From positions 186,001 through 250,000 of the forward strand of contig NW_027271303.1 of NCBI RefSeq assembly GCF_040938485.1: a DNA stretch of 64,000 nt, read 5' to 3'. Every line of letters begins with the position of its first letter. Position 1 is the stretch's first letter. The position numbers and the translations under genes were made by a program. The DNA comes from Diadema antillarum. Its lineage: Eukaryota. Under the pieces are notes generated by a model. The model made no database searches. It saw only the letters and a list, made by a program, of their open reading frames with translations, and was not told the origin of the DNA. This document shows positions 50,934 through 64,000 of this stretch, one piece after another.

Positions 50934-53900
50934 ATGGAGGAGGGACAGCGAATTCTAGCACAGTTTGTGAGTGAGACTGGTGAGACCGCTGGTGCACCAT
51001 TCGATCTGCCTGTTGACGTGACGACAGAGAAGCTACAGCTGATATGCAATGCAATTCTTCAAAAGGTACTCAGAGGGCAGTCATGTGATGCACGCACTGT
51101 GAATGTTGCTCTTTTGTAAACTACATGAATGTTTTCAGAGTATTGTTTGCACTGTGCAGTTCTTCCACTGTGCACAATGATAGAGCATCATCCATCCTCC
51201 ATGAATTTGAATTCATCTTGGTATTGGTTCTTCTGATTCAGATATTCATAGAATGACAATTATTATTAAAATGTGACTGTTTAATGAGTGTAATGTTAAT
51301 GCCTAAAAAGTTAAGACATGATAGTTTGGTGGATATCATCTTTTTCATTTCAAATATAGCGGTAATCATTAGTTATCATTTAATTATTCTGCCCCATTTT
51401 GTTTTCATGTACATGTACCTAATACTCTCATGCAACATGCTCTACATGTAGATCTCGAGTTCAAGAATGTCATTACATACCAAAAATGTTCTTTGTGATG
51501 TGCTTTAACTCTTAACGTGCCATGGTCGCCAAACGGCGACCTTAGTCCTGACGTGCCATGGTCGCTGATCGGCGACTAATAAGAGCGAGAAAAGCATTGA
51601 TCATTTAAGTTCTGGTGGTACGGTAATGTGTTACACCAAGCAACTGCCAATGATATGTACTGGTAGCTGATTAGCATAGCCATCGTTTCCACTAAAAATA
51701 TGAGCATGCTTACATTGGAAAATTTTGAGTAAATACACGATTTTTCAGCTAGATGTATTTTTTCACATCGGGAAAATCCGCAGCGGGCGCACCCTCTGCG
51801 AGATGTGTATGGATCAAAAGTCTCATAGGTAAACCACGCGTGTGTATGCTATTGACTCTGCGTGTATTGTCTATGCGGTTCCACTCGCATTGTTCCGCTT
51901 AGACGCTGTCCTGCGGGAAGCTGCTTTAATATTGTCCCTCAAAGAGGGTCAGCTTTCGTTCGTCGGTCAAGTCTTTCATCCTTTTGTTTTGGTGAACGTC
52001 ACTAATCGTCCCCACGCTAGCATAGGAATTGCGCGCGGATAAAGGCCTGCCGATTTCAATAGAGTACGCCCGCCCGCGGTCCGCTTAGACAAAAGGAGGA
52101 TTAGCCGGTTCTTCCTTCTCAGGTGGACAAAAGACACTATTCCAGGGCCCGGGACAATTACTTTAGTTTCAAATACAGGATCTGGGACTAAAGGACTCAG
52201 ATTTTGGAATGAATTACTGAGGCAGAAAGAGAAATTGCTAAGACTAAATAAACTGCTAGTATCTTTGGAATCATACAATTCTAGAAGGCAATTTTGTTAT
52301 CATTTGAAAGAGGAGATGTTGCTCCATTGAAGAAAAAACACGACTGACTCTTTTTTTCCATACTACACAAAAATTTCTAATAATTTTTTTGATGTATCAA
52401 ATATTTCTGCAATATTTCAGATTCAGATAGATATTGTGGCAAACTGACTGCATGACACGAAAGAGCAAACATTTCTTGATATATGTTGTGTAGAACTCAA
52501 TTCAAAACAGTCAACAGTTTCAGAGATATGGCGGTTTTAAGTTTCATTGTCAGTCCAGTTTCGAAGCGTTCTGGTGTTAGGTAAAAACCTCTGGCACGTT
52601 AGGGGTTTTGGGCCTGGCACATTAAGAGTTAAAGAATGGGAAGCATTTCTTTTTGTACAGTATGATGAAGTATGAAGAAAATCTACTAGAGACAATATTT
52701 AACATGCATGAAGGTATCACTGTTATTACTGAAGTAATTGGCTCAGCTCTATAGAGAAAGTGTTTAATGAGGGGCATCGCATTTACTTCTTCCAATGTTG
52801 ATTAAACTTAGATATATACAAGTAGATGCTATTTAATGGAACACACCATCACTAGTTGCTATCTAACTATCCATTGAGAAGATCAGTAATGGGCTCCTAG
52901 GAGAAGAAGTGCCATCAACACAAAAGAGGCTGCCTCGCATTAAGTGAGCTCATAGTAAGTAATTGTGTCATGCAATTGATGAAAAAATGCATTCTTTTTC
53001 ATTCAAAACTTATGATAGATGCACTTTGAAAAAAAAAAACACATAAGAATGCACAAAATCTTGCTGTGATGCCAAAACATTTTGGGAGATGAGATGGGGA
53101 AGGTACAGTGTGCCTCTTTCTCCAATGCCCTCTCCAATTGAAGAATCTTTGCCTGTATCATGATATCCTACATCCAGGAGGATGCCGTACCCTTTGCCTT
53201 CTACGTGGATGAGAGAGAGATAACCTCAACTCTTGCAGAGAGCCTCAAGAAGGAGGACCAAGAGACGGAGCAGGTGCTGTCCATCGTCTACCAGCCACAG
53301 GCCGTGTTCAAAGTCCGGGCAGTGACGAGATGCACCAGCACCATCGAGGGTCATGCGGAGGCCGTCATATCGGTCGCCTTCAGTCCAGATGGCCGGTACG
53401 AAAGGCACCCTTTTTTTTTCTTTTTTTTTTTTTTAGACTCAGCTGTGATTGTGGTGATAGAGGCATTGCATTTTTTTTCTTAGTCCCTGGCAATCTTTTT
53501 GCACTTTATTATTTTCATTATCATGATCAGGTTAAAACTAGTTTTTTTTTTTTTAGAAAATGTGATATCATTCTCTCTGTGTCAGTACAAAGATGAACAA
53601 ACTTGATCTGAGGTCATGAGGTCAGAGGTTACTATGTAACAGTCCATGGCCAGAGTTTGAGATATTGAGTAAAGTTTCTAAACTGATTGATTTAGATTTG
53701 ATTAAGGTAGTTCACTCAATAAGATCTTGAGTAGATATTTTAGTGTCAAAGTCCAGAATTAAGAACTTGTTACCAGCTCACTACAGAATGTGTTACTGAT
53801 TTGCAGCTCTTGCTAAAACAGGGCCTAATCATTCCTGTTCTGGGAAATTCTTGCAGTAGACTTTGCCACAAGGGAAACTGTGTGTGAGGCAATCGTCATG

Positions 53901-56900
53901 AGGGAGTGGTCACAGTGATATTGTTTGGTGTGATTATGTGGATTCGGTCTAAAACTTGGCTCTGTTGGTGCTGAGCACACAAGCTGTCAAAGAAATGTCC
54001 CGTATTTCTGATCAACAGGTATTTGGCGAGCGGTTCAGGAGACACAACAGTGAGGTTCTGGGATGTGACAACAGAAACGCCACAGCACACATGCAAAGGT
54101 TAGCCACACCCTCTCGCCAGAGGTAGATGAGTTGCGAACATAAGATCTTCAGTTGCCAGTTGAACATTGAAATGCTGCACATAACTATTTTTTGCCAAAT
54201 GTCAGACAAGCTGGCTAGCGTAGGTTAAATGAATGGCCGCCTCTAAAAAGAAAAGGGTTGCAGGCTTCAAATGGGGGCTGAAGAACATTTTTAAATTGAG
54301 GCTGCTAGTAAGCCCAAGGTGCATTTGTGTATGTGTATGTGTGTGTGTGATGGGGGGGGGGGGGGGTGGGGGGGGAGAGGGGGTATAGCCCAACTTTCTC
54401 CTCATGATGGGCGTACAGTACACTCCACCTAATCAGGCATTCCCATTTATTGGGTAAGAAATGCTCTGCCAGACACTCCCCGATGAAGTGGAGACTACTG
54501 TACAGGGGCATGTGATGGAGGTGCCTTGTGAGAGACGGTTAACCCTTTGCACATTACAGATCTTTAACTTGACGTATTGCAAAGAGTTGAGATGAGTCAG
54601 TTAAGTGATCTGTTAAGGAAACAAGTGAATGATGCTAACCCACTGTGGTTTCAACCCTTCCCCCTTTCCCCTCCTAGTGACTACACAGTGGTGCAGTCAG
54701 TAAGTCATATATTTGTCTGTGAAGAACATCATATGGGCACATCTGGCTATACAAAAGAAAAAAATGAATGTTTGCATTTATCATTATTGTTTGTATTGTG
54801 ATACTATAGTTGGATTGTTGCAGGTTATCCATGCAGAGTCACTTTTCATCTGAAAGATTAATTCCTGGATTTAATCATGCAAAGCATAATGTGTTCCTTA
54901 AACTGACAAAACAAATGCACACACCTAAGACTGCAAACTCATATGAAAATTACAATATTTTTTTCTTTTAAGTTAACAATTTTTATTTGACTCCTCAGGT
55001 CACAAGCACTGGGTATTGTGCATAGCTTGGTCACCGGACGGAAAGAAACTTGCTTCAGGCTGCAAAAACAGTCAGGTGAGGACTGCAGTCTCTATACCAC
55101 TCTGTCTGCCATATATGTGATCCAGATTGCGATAAAGTATATTTCCACAGTAGGTTTGTAGCTATGATGCATACGGCTGCTTGTGGAAGTGAATGCTAGT
55201 ATAGTGGACAACAATATTGTACTCATAGAGTCATTACTGAGAAACAGGGGGAGGAATGTATAGATAGAGAAAAGATCAGAATTCCAAGGGAAGATATTAA
55301 ACANNNNNNNNNNNNNNNNNNNNNNNNNNNNNNNNNNNNNNNNNNNNNNNNNNNNNNNNNNNNNNNNNNNNNNNNNNNNNNNNNNNNNNNNNNNNNNNNN
55401 NNNNNNNNNNNNNNNNNNNNNNNNNNNNNNNNNNNNNNNNNNNNNNNNNNNNNNNNNNNNNNNNNNNNNNNNNNNNNNNNNNNNNNNNNNNNNNNNNNNN
55501 NNNNNNNNNNNNNNNNNNNNNNNNNNNNNNNNNNNNNNNNNNNNNNNNNNNNNNNNNNNNNNNNNNNNNNNNNNNNNNNNNNNNNNNNNNNNNNNNNNNN
55601 NNNNNNNNNNNNNNNNNNNNNNNNNNNNNNNNNNNNNNNNNNNNNNNNGTATTGTTAAGGTCAATATACAAATGTTTTTATGAATATGCATTTGTAAATA
55701 ACCCACTGTTTGATTATGTTTAATTCATTGTTAAAGTGGAAGTAACTCAGAATATTTGATAAGATATGTTAGGTAGATGTCTGTGTTGTGCTTTGTCCTG
55801 TGTATGATCCAATCATTACTTTCATCTGACTCTCTGACATATCAGATAAATGTATGGGACCCAGAAACAGGGAAAACAATCGGGAGAACTCTGACAGGAC
55901 ACAAGCAATGGATCACTTGGTTGGCATGGCAACCATTTCATCTAAACCATGAGTGCCGGCACTTAGCATCAGCATCTAAGGTATGTTTCCCAGAGTCCCC
56001 ACGCACATATTGGGGAACACTGGAAGGCTTCTCTAAAATCTCAGCTGAAACTTCACTTATGACATTAGATGGACAATTACTTGTGTGTTCGACAGTACCG
56101 CTTGCTGCCCAAATACTGTTTGACTTGGATTTTGTGGTATAAGAAACCCAAAGCAATCAATTTGCAGTCATAACAGTCAAATGCAATGATTGAATACTCA
56201 GTTTTGATTGGTCAAAGTGGTACACCAATTGGCCTTCTGCAGCAAACATACAATTAATAAGCTTTGCATTGCTGCCCCTAATAAAGGACCGGTATTTCTC
56301 CAGCTGCACATGTATAAGGTATACAGTATAGCAAAATCTACAGTAAGTAAAGGAGTAGAAGCAGATGCACAGGAGGTACTTGCAAAGTATACAGGACCCA
56401 GTTGCTAAATAATATAGCAGGAAAGAGATATCGCCATTTTTGCAAGTTTGGCAAGTGAAACATACTGTTCATTTCATGACATTACAAATCACTCTACTTG
56501 CAATTTGGTGTAACTAAAACAGAATCTCTTGGCAATAGTTTGTTCTCTTGCATTTCTTATTTTGTGGAACACGTTAGGCAGGAGAACAATGTTTGTTATT
56601 TTGTTGACTATTTCATGAAGTATAAGTGTGAATTCATTTGTGCAGTGTATACAAAAAAAGTACAAGCTTGTTATTGTAACAAGAAGTGTTTATTTATCAA
56701 ACAATTATTCAAGAGTCTGCCCACATTTTCTTGGTAGATCAGAAAAAAAATAACTATAAAATGCACCAACTACTGTAAAACCAGGAATTTTCGCGTGCAC
56801 TTTAATTTCGCGAATTTCGCGAGCGCCAAGATTTGCGAAATTAAAATGCACGCGAAAGTCCATGTTAACACTATATCCAATGAGCGCCAGTGGCACTTCG

Positions 56901-59900
56901 TGAAAATTTCATGCCACGAAAAAGGCTGTCGGCTCCAATTCGCGAAAAATTCATGCCGCGAATATATCATGTTTTACAGTAGTCTAGCAACCCTGTACAT
57001 GACTTCTGATATTCATTATATTTGATACATGTTCACTTTGATTGGCATTTTGTTTCTGAATTGATAATCATGCTGCAATAATGATATGTGACCCACCACA
57101 ACAAAAGGATCCGAAAGTCACTGATAGCCGAGCCGAGCCGAGAAAATCGAGTTTGAAGTCAGATCATCAAAATTGGTCAAAACCACTCAATTTCTGTTTT
57201 TGGCATAATTTTGTAGTCTAATGTTTTGTCTATCATCTCCTGAAGTTTAGAAGCTAAATGATCAAAGGAAAGGCAAGAAATCAGTGTTTTTCTGGGCCAT
57301 GATTTTCAGACTTTCAAGAGAACAGAAATGTGTCGAAAGATTTGGATTAAGCACTGCAGATAGACTCTGCCCTTAGCAATGAGGGAGTGATCTTATTGGT
57401 CAGTGCGTGGCATCCTGGTTATTGATTGGTCGTGTTTAGACCACTTGCGCTAAGCTTGAATGAACATCGCAGAGGTTGCTAGGAGCATACCTTCTATTGT
57501 CAAGAGGTGAAAACTGTCTTACCTCCCTCGATCATGATTTCATCAGAAGGAAAAATTAGAAGGTGGTTTTCTTGAAACACTGATTGCCTGGACCACTCGA
57601 CATGCTGTCATGAAATCATTGATATCTCCGCAACCGAGTACTTTTATGAGTCGTGTTATATGTGAATTTAAAGTGGAAGAGTAAGGGAATAGTTTTATGC
57701 CATTTTCAGAAAATGGACCTGTTTGTGGCCATAACTTTTGGATCCTTTCGTTGTAGAAGGTCACATATTTCTTTTCTTTTTTTCTTCTTGTCCATTGTGG
57801 TGTTTTTAGGATGGAACAATCCGTGTTTGGGATGTGATAAGGGGAACATGTCTGCGGACGATGTCTGGCCATCTTCAGTCGGTCACCTGCATCCGTTGGG
57901 GTGGGACTGACCTCATCTACTCAGCCAGTCAGGACAGGACGGTCAAAGTGTGGAGGGCCCAAGACGTAAGTTGGCCCATCGTGTTGTCTCTGAAATATGT
58001 GTTTGCCTCAAATGAAGAGCTCAGTTGACCTCGAGTAAAATTAAGTGTCCAATTGGTCTCAAATGAAGAACTCAATTAGTATTGGTCTCAAATATAGAGC
58101 TGAATTGGCCTCAAGCAGGGCAGATCCAGGAATTCAGTAAAGGGGAGGCACCTTTACAGAATTAAAGGGGGCGCACGTGCCCCCCCCCCCATTTTTTTCT
58201 TTTGTTTTAACAAAAAATAAAGAGGGGGCGCGCGCCTGATGCGCCCCCCTCAGGATCCGCCACTGTCAAGTGAAGTGCCCAATTGGTCTCAAATGAAGAA
58301 CTCAATGTTAGCCTTAAAAGAAGAACTCTCATTGACCTCAAAAGAAGAATGAAGTTGGCCTCAAATGCAGAGCTCAATTAGTATTTAAAGAAGAGCTCAA
58401 TTGTGTACAAATGAAGAGTTTAGTTGGCCTATATTGAAAAGCTCATCGGCCTCAAATTAAGAGCTCATTTAGCCTTAAATCAAGTGCTCAGTTCACCTCA
58501 AATGGTCTCAGATGATTGGCTGCAAGTACAGAGTTCAATTTGCCTCAAGTGAAGAGCTCAATTGGCCTCAAATGAAGAGTTTAGGTGGACTCAAATGATG
58601 CTTAGTCCACCTGAAATGAGTTTGATTGGTCTTTGATGAAGTGCTCAGTTGACCTAGAATGAAGAGTTTGATTCAGCTCAAATAAAGAGATTCAGTGGCC
58701 TCAAATTAAGAGTTTAACTAGTCTCAAAGTGAGAGCTTATTGGCCTCAAATGAAGAACTCAACTGACCTTTAGTGAAGAGCTCAGTTGGCCTCAAATAAA
58801 GGGGTGAAAATAGTCACTTCCTTACTGAGCTACTTATTCTGGTATTCCTGCTGGACATCACATAAATTGAAATATTGACATTTGAATAATCACAGCATGC
58901 TTGACAATTGTTACATTTTCTTGAATCTCCACACAAAAAATGTGACTGAGATTTTTGCTTTGCTTTAAAGTCATAATTTCCTTACTATAAATCTTCTTAG
59001 AATTCATATTATTTTAATTCATATTATTTTACTGCAAGTCAATTAATTGTTCAGTTTGGAATACTTTTTGTCTTGTCTGTGTCTGTGAACAGGGCGTGCT
59101 GTGCCGGACTCTACAGGGACACGCTCACTGGGTTAACACCATGGCTCTCAGTACGGACTATGTCCTGAGGACCAGTTGGTTCGATCCCAAGGATGCTGGG
59201 GTCATTCATCGAGCCATCAGTGAGACTGGTGAGGTTCCCTCCGTGTTCTCTGTGTTCAATAGCACCATGGCAACATGCATGGATGCCATCTTCAGAAACT
59301 GTCAATATATGTTCTTAAATACAGGTGTATGTCATTCACAGGTTGCCCCCCAAATAAGAGAATCATATAATGTCATGCTTATTTAGATGTACGTAATATA
59401 ATGCTAGATCTGTGAGATGGTGGAAAATCACAGAACATCTGTACAACCAAACTTCCAGTGGTGTTACCTCCTGATGGAAGTGGTTGAAGAATGTATACTT
59501 TGGATTAGACTGTCATTAAAAGGTAGAATTTTATTAAGAAACCAATTACGGTATTTCTGATTTTTGTAATAAATGTGATGTGTTGTGCTACCAACCAAAC
59601 CACATCATTAGTAGAGATCTCTCTGTCAATGAGCAGATGCTGGTTTCAAATGAGAACTTCGGTGTGTCGGGGGGGAGGGGGGGCAGTTTTTACATCTCTT
59701 GTGAATTGCATGCACTGGACAATATAATTCTAACTCAGCATAATATATCATTGTGCATATATCATGTTTTGAAGTATCATATTGCTCAAGGAGAAGATTA
59801 TGAAAATATATATGTGGCAAAGGCCAAAATAGAGCATACTTTATGTCATCTTTATTCATTTTTTGTTTGTTCGTTTTGTCATTCTGTACAGCTGAAGAAT

Positions 59901-62900
59901 TATCAAAAATGGCTTTGGAAAGATATAACAGTGTGAAGGTAAGTAAATTCACTTTGTTTATTTGGTTAGGTTCTTTTTTCTGTTCTGAGCATTGATGGAC
60001 TGATTTTCCTTTTTGTTAGATTTGTCAAGGATAGCAGCCTTATCATCTACTACATGATAATAATGTATTTATATAGCATATTTTCCATGTACATTTTCAG
60101 TGCAATTTACAATGAAATTATTGATGGAATAAGTGAATTGTTTAATTTTTTTTATTTATTTTTTTTTGTACACTGAGAGATTGCTGGTTGCAGAGAGCAT
60201 AGGGAAGTTGTTTCCACAATCTAGGAGCAGCAGATGGAAATGTTCTATTACGAAGTGTGGCCAGCATCCTGGTAGTGGGATGGTTCAGCATAATACCTTG
60301 TGAGGAGTGGAGGGTGTACCAGGATGGTTCACTGTCATAACTGGTGCCACGTTTTCAAAACTGGGGGGCCACTTCCTGGTTTCATGAGCTAACAAGCAAA
60401 AAATAAAATAAAATAAAAAGGCCTTCAGTGCACATCGGGTGCCACTTCCGGGGTAAAAAAAGTGGTGGGACACCCTTTGTACAGTACTCTCCACGTAATC
60501 GGGTATCGCTTAAACGGGTACTCCGTTTAATTGGGTAGAAATGTCATAATCAGTTCCAATGCACATTAAAATTACCTGATAATCGGGGTGCCTCTCTGCA
60601 TATACGGGTAGATAATTTTCTTCTAATCTAATTTCTATCCATATTTTATCGCCGATGTAATACTTCAAGAAACCATGAATGTCAAAATTTCCACTGCTAA
60701 TTGCATTCTCTGCTTAATTTGCAAAGAAGACCGATCATTTTGCAAGTGATTAAACATGAAAACACATCTACCAGTACCGACTTGCCACATTCAAATGAAC
60801 ATTACACATGTAGCTGGCACTCACATTTGCGTAGTCAGTCAAGAGTTGAACACACTTGCGCTCCTCCCTTGATCTACATTTCACAATACGAGAAGTTTGC
60901 AACGAAAATCAGGTCATGCACCAGCTCCATAATTTTGCTTTTCCCCAGTCACTTCTCGAAAAGTAACACGACGTTCTGCGTTAGAGAAGTGTTCATTTCG
61001 GAAAACGCCTGCTTGTTAGCGAGGAGTCCATATTCAAACGGCAAAGTTTTCTGAAAACATATTTGTTGATAAAAAGAGTGTAAATTTTTGCTCGTGACTG
61101 AGCAAATGTAAGGTAGAAGTATAATATGCGTGCAAGCACCCGTGTTACGCATACAGTGTAGGTGTTTTTTTGCAGTGTACAATGCAATATGTACGTGTAT
61201 ACACATTGTGTGTGTCAATTGTGAATGAGACGTGTTCTTCTGTTAATCGGGTACTCCGCTTAATTGGGTAAGAAACGCCTTGCTAGAGCCTACCCGATTA
61301 TGCGGAGAGTACTGTATTCCTATGTATGGGTGCAAAAAAAAGTGGGGGACACGAACCCCTGCCCCCCCAGTTCCACTGGCCCTGCACTGATAGTTATGAG
61401 TTCCGGTAAGTAAGGAGGAGCAAGACTTTGGATGCATTTGAGAGTGAGTAGACATACATATCTTGTAGTGGATCCTTTACCTGACAGTAAGCTAGTTCAG
61501 TTGACAGAGGACAGGTTGCATGAGTGAGAATTTGAGTTTACCCTGTGACAATTTTTGCAGCTGCATTTTGAACTCTGCAATAATCTATCTGTTATGGTGG
61601 TTCAGGGTGCTGAACCAGAACGGATGGTGACGGGCTCCGATGACTTCACCCTGTTTCTATGGAAACCAGAGGAGGAGAAGAAGTCCGTGGCTAGGATGAC
61701 AGGCCACATGCAGCTGATCAACGAGGTGGCGTTCTCGCCGGATACCAGGCTGGTGGCCAGCGCCTCTTTCGACAAGTCGGTCAAACTTTGGGATGGGAGA
61801 ACCGGAAAGTGAGTTTGTGATTATATGTGGTTGGAAAGAGCATTTTAGTGAGTTTAGTAATTAATTTCAAAGTCTAAATCCCATGACATGTTTTGCCTGT
61901 TATGTCATCAATACATTTGAATTATGATACCTTCAAACAGGATTTGGATATTCTGTTTTCAATACTTGACTGATTGTATCATATTCTGCCTCTCCACTCC
62001 CCACCTAATACTTTTTTTTCTTCCAATGAATGTAATAGATCTGTATGTATGAGTTTATTTCTAATTCTTGCTATTTCTGTTTGTTTGTTATTGATTTTGT
62101 TGACAGGTTTATAACAACATTTCGAGGTCATGTCAGCAAAGTGTATCAAGTAAGTCTACAATTAGTGACGATCAGTGGTTGAGGCACTAATTAAGGAGTA
62201 CTTGTACTTATTGTCAGACCTGATTAGTGATTTAAATCTACAGAAGGCCATTTCAGGATGTTCTTGTAATGTTGTGAAAGATAGTCTTAGAAACTACAAA
62301 GAATCTTCGCAAGCCAAAATATTGTTCTAGCATTGGACATGCATTATGATTATCAAAACTACTGTCTGGAGCGGTTACATGTGAATGAAACAACACAAAC
62401 TTGCCAAAGACGTAGTAGTGTAAGAAACTTTTGTATGAATATTTGACATGATGATGTGGCACAGCTATTTCTGTGTTGAATTTTTTTTTAAGTAAGAAAT
62501 GATCTGACAGGTGTAGGGATTTCATTCCCAGCAATTTAATCAAGCTACTCATTCTCCAGAACAAAGAGTAAACCCATGAGAAATTATATGATAGGTAGAA
62601 GGAGTTCATAGCCATGTATTGTGGCGAACTGTCTTATCTTGCGGGCAAGCCAATTTTGTCTTGTCAGAGTGTAATAGAAGTTAGTTCGTGTCTTATAGCC
62701 CTGCTCTGCCTGGTCCACATTCTCAAGCAAGTTTCAACTTTCTTGTCCAGGTGTCCTGGTCATCGGACTGTCGACTGGTCTGCAGCGGCAGCTCGGACAG
62801 CACCCTGAAGGTGTGGGATGTGAAGGCCGGCAAGCTGATGGTGGACCTACCTGGCCATGCAGACGAGGTCTACGCCGTGGACTGGAGTCCTGATGGTCAG

Positions 62901-63362
62901 CGGGTGGCCAGCGGAGGGAAGGACAAAGTACTGAAGATGTGAGAAAAGATGTTCTTTTTTTTTTTTACTGCAAACGCCTATTTGTAGTTTGTTTAGCAAT
63001 GACAGTATATATACATTTTTTTCCCTTTTTTTGTGGTGGGGGGGGGGGGGATTATCAAGAACCACTGTAAGTGAACGTAAACGACCCCAAAACATGGCCA
63101 AGTAGAACAAAACAAAAACCCAACAAACAAACTTGGGATGGATGGACCATGTACTCCAAAGATATCTTATAGCTTGAATCATGGGGACCATGTTCAAAGT
63201 ACCCTTTGGGAAAAACATATGTGCCTACTGGTATGTATATTAACTTATGTTAATTTATGTTTCTTTTAGGGAGACGTATTGGACCTAGAAGACATACAAT
63301 GATGTATCACTCATATTATTGGTCATTATATCTATGTCTTCCACATCAGATGGAGAAGATAG
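50934..63362 (+). CDS. NLE1: Notchless protein homolog 1 (UBL domain plus WD40 repeats, 60S biogenesis factor Rsa4), about 475 aa
   Basis: Exons 50934-51065, 53178-53395, 54019-54098, 54999-55075, 55846-55980, 57810-57965, 59093-59228, 59892-59938, 61606-61808, 62107-62149, 62751-62938 and 63350-63362 join in frame (1428 nt). Diagnostic motifs: [91 protein letters not shown], terminal WRR. Confidence 0.96.
51509..52628. mobile_element. Non-autonomous piggyBac-like element
   Basis: TTAA CTCTTAACGTGCCA...TGGCACATTAAGAG TTAA, with internal sub-terminal repeats of CGTGCCATGGTCGC. Confidence 0.8.
56773..56979. mobile_element. TA-flanked CTGTAAAA MITE (Tc1/mariner-type); relatives near 15.6, 22.3, 42.7 and 45.0 kb
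   Basis: TA CTGTAAAAC...GTTTTACAG TA with repeated TTCGCGAA / TTTCGCG motifs. Confidence 0.75.
57088..57764. mobile_element. Unclassified ATAT-flanked TIR element, sister of 49787-50496
   Basis: ATAT GTGACCCACCACAACAAAAGGATCC...GGATCCTTTCGTTGTAGAAGGTCAC ATAT; internal sequence matches the 49.8 kb copy in reverse. Confidence 0.85.
58005..58800. repeat. Degenerate ~23-bp minisatellite in NLE1 intron 6
   Basis: Consensus close to TTGGCCTCAAATGAAGAGCTCAG, roughly 25-30 copies (estimate). Confidence 0.85.
58116..58265. mobile_element. 150-bp MITE with 5-bp TSD inserted in the minisatellite
   Basis: TIR CAGGGCAGATCC / GGATCCGCCACTG; TCAAG on both sides (58111-58115, 58266-58270). Confidence 0.8.
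60160..61530 (-). mobile_element. L2/CR1-type LINE 3' relic interrupted by a MITE (60335-61383)
   Basis: Minus strand reads PVLCQLN*LTVR*RIHYKI...[12 protein letters not shown], then the insert, then SEPS..TLHSS...[15 protein letters not shown], matching the HWLPV..RI.FK / AAPRLWN.LP C-terminus typical of this group. Confidence 0.7.
60482..61314. mobile_element. Non-autonomous pogo/Tigger-like element (833 bp)
   Basis: TA CAGTACTCTCCACGTAATCGGGTA...TACCCGATTATGCGGAGAGTACTG TA. Confidence 0.85.
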
Positions 63363-64000
63363 CCAACAGATGACCACAACAAGCCTTGCTGGACGAGCAT
63401 CGGAGCCAGGACAAGCCGTCCTCCACCCCTTTGGGTCTGTCTGGTCTGCCTGGGTCTCTGCCAGCAGTCACTGGTCATTCCTTTGCGGTCATCGGTCACT
63501 GCTCTGCTCCACAAGTTTGTGCAGTCGAAGTGTGCAGGAGCAGATCGATGGACTCATGGTGTGTGTGTGAGACTGTTGGGTTGACATCTTAACCCTTTGC
63601 ATGTTCTGAGGGCCAACTGACATAGAAAACCTCAATGTCCTCGTACACACTGTTCAAAGTCCCTGGCACAGGTAGGGTTAAATCCCAGTGGTGCCGTCTA
63701 CTCTGGTGCTGTGTGGAACATGGGAGGCGGACTCGAGGATATCATTACTGGATTTATGTGCCTCTCCCTTCCCGCTACTTCTTCAGGGAAAGTGTCCAGC
63801 GCCAGACTGTGGGGGATATTAATATGTAGAGCACCGTGGCCAAGATGTCTCTGGCTTGGCCGCATTATACATAATATGACCACCCAGTTCAAAAACAACA
63901 AAAAGTTGAAGATTAGGATCCTCTCTAAAGGACCAAAATATGTAATTTGCATTGACCGACTTAACATTTTTAAAGTATTTCTTACATACCAAGGAGAGTA

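Noticed and set aside
52655-52735. Possible C/D snoRNA (ATGATGA...CTGA) in an NLE1 intron
   Set aside because: Terminal stem of 3 bp at most and no rRNA complementarity that I could identify; a snoscan/Infernal search would be needed.
3088-55706. ORFs containing long X runs
   Set aside because: Artefacts of N gaps at about 3.1, 16.9, 29.3, 45.5, 45.9 and 55.3 kb.
63680-64000. Stop-free + frame to the window end
   Set aside because: Follows the NLE1 stop, has no recognisable motif and is probably 3' UTR; cannot be judged at the edge.

Overview
AT-rich, intron-rich animal genomic DNA with several N gaps. The repeat style suggests a marine invertebrate deuterostome such as an echinoderm, but that is inference only. 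Four spliced protein-coding genes can be rebuilt with frame-consistent splice sites: (1) an unrecognised acidic/coiled-coil gene on the minus strand running off the left edge, (2) KMT5A/SETD8 (PR-Set7, H4K20 monomethylase) on +, (3) a NUDT6-like Nudix hydrolase on -, and (4) NLE1 (Notchless) on +. Genes 1/2 and 3/4 are head-to-head pairs. Introns and intergenic DNA are packed with non-autonomous transposons: Helentron-type HINEs, Harbinger, Tc1/pogo and piggyBac-like elements, LINE relics and several nested stacks. I found no intact transposase and no clearly new multi-gene system. The best leads are the orphan coiled-coil gene, three to four CAG-ended MITEs with 5-bp target-site duplications (TSDs), AcademH-like 9-bp-TSD elements, an atypical PIP degron in KMT5A, and a duplicated putative first exon of NLE1. 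All coordinates were read by hand and may be off by a few bases.
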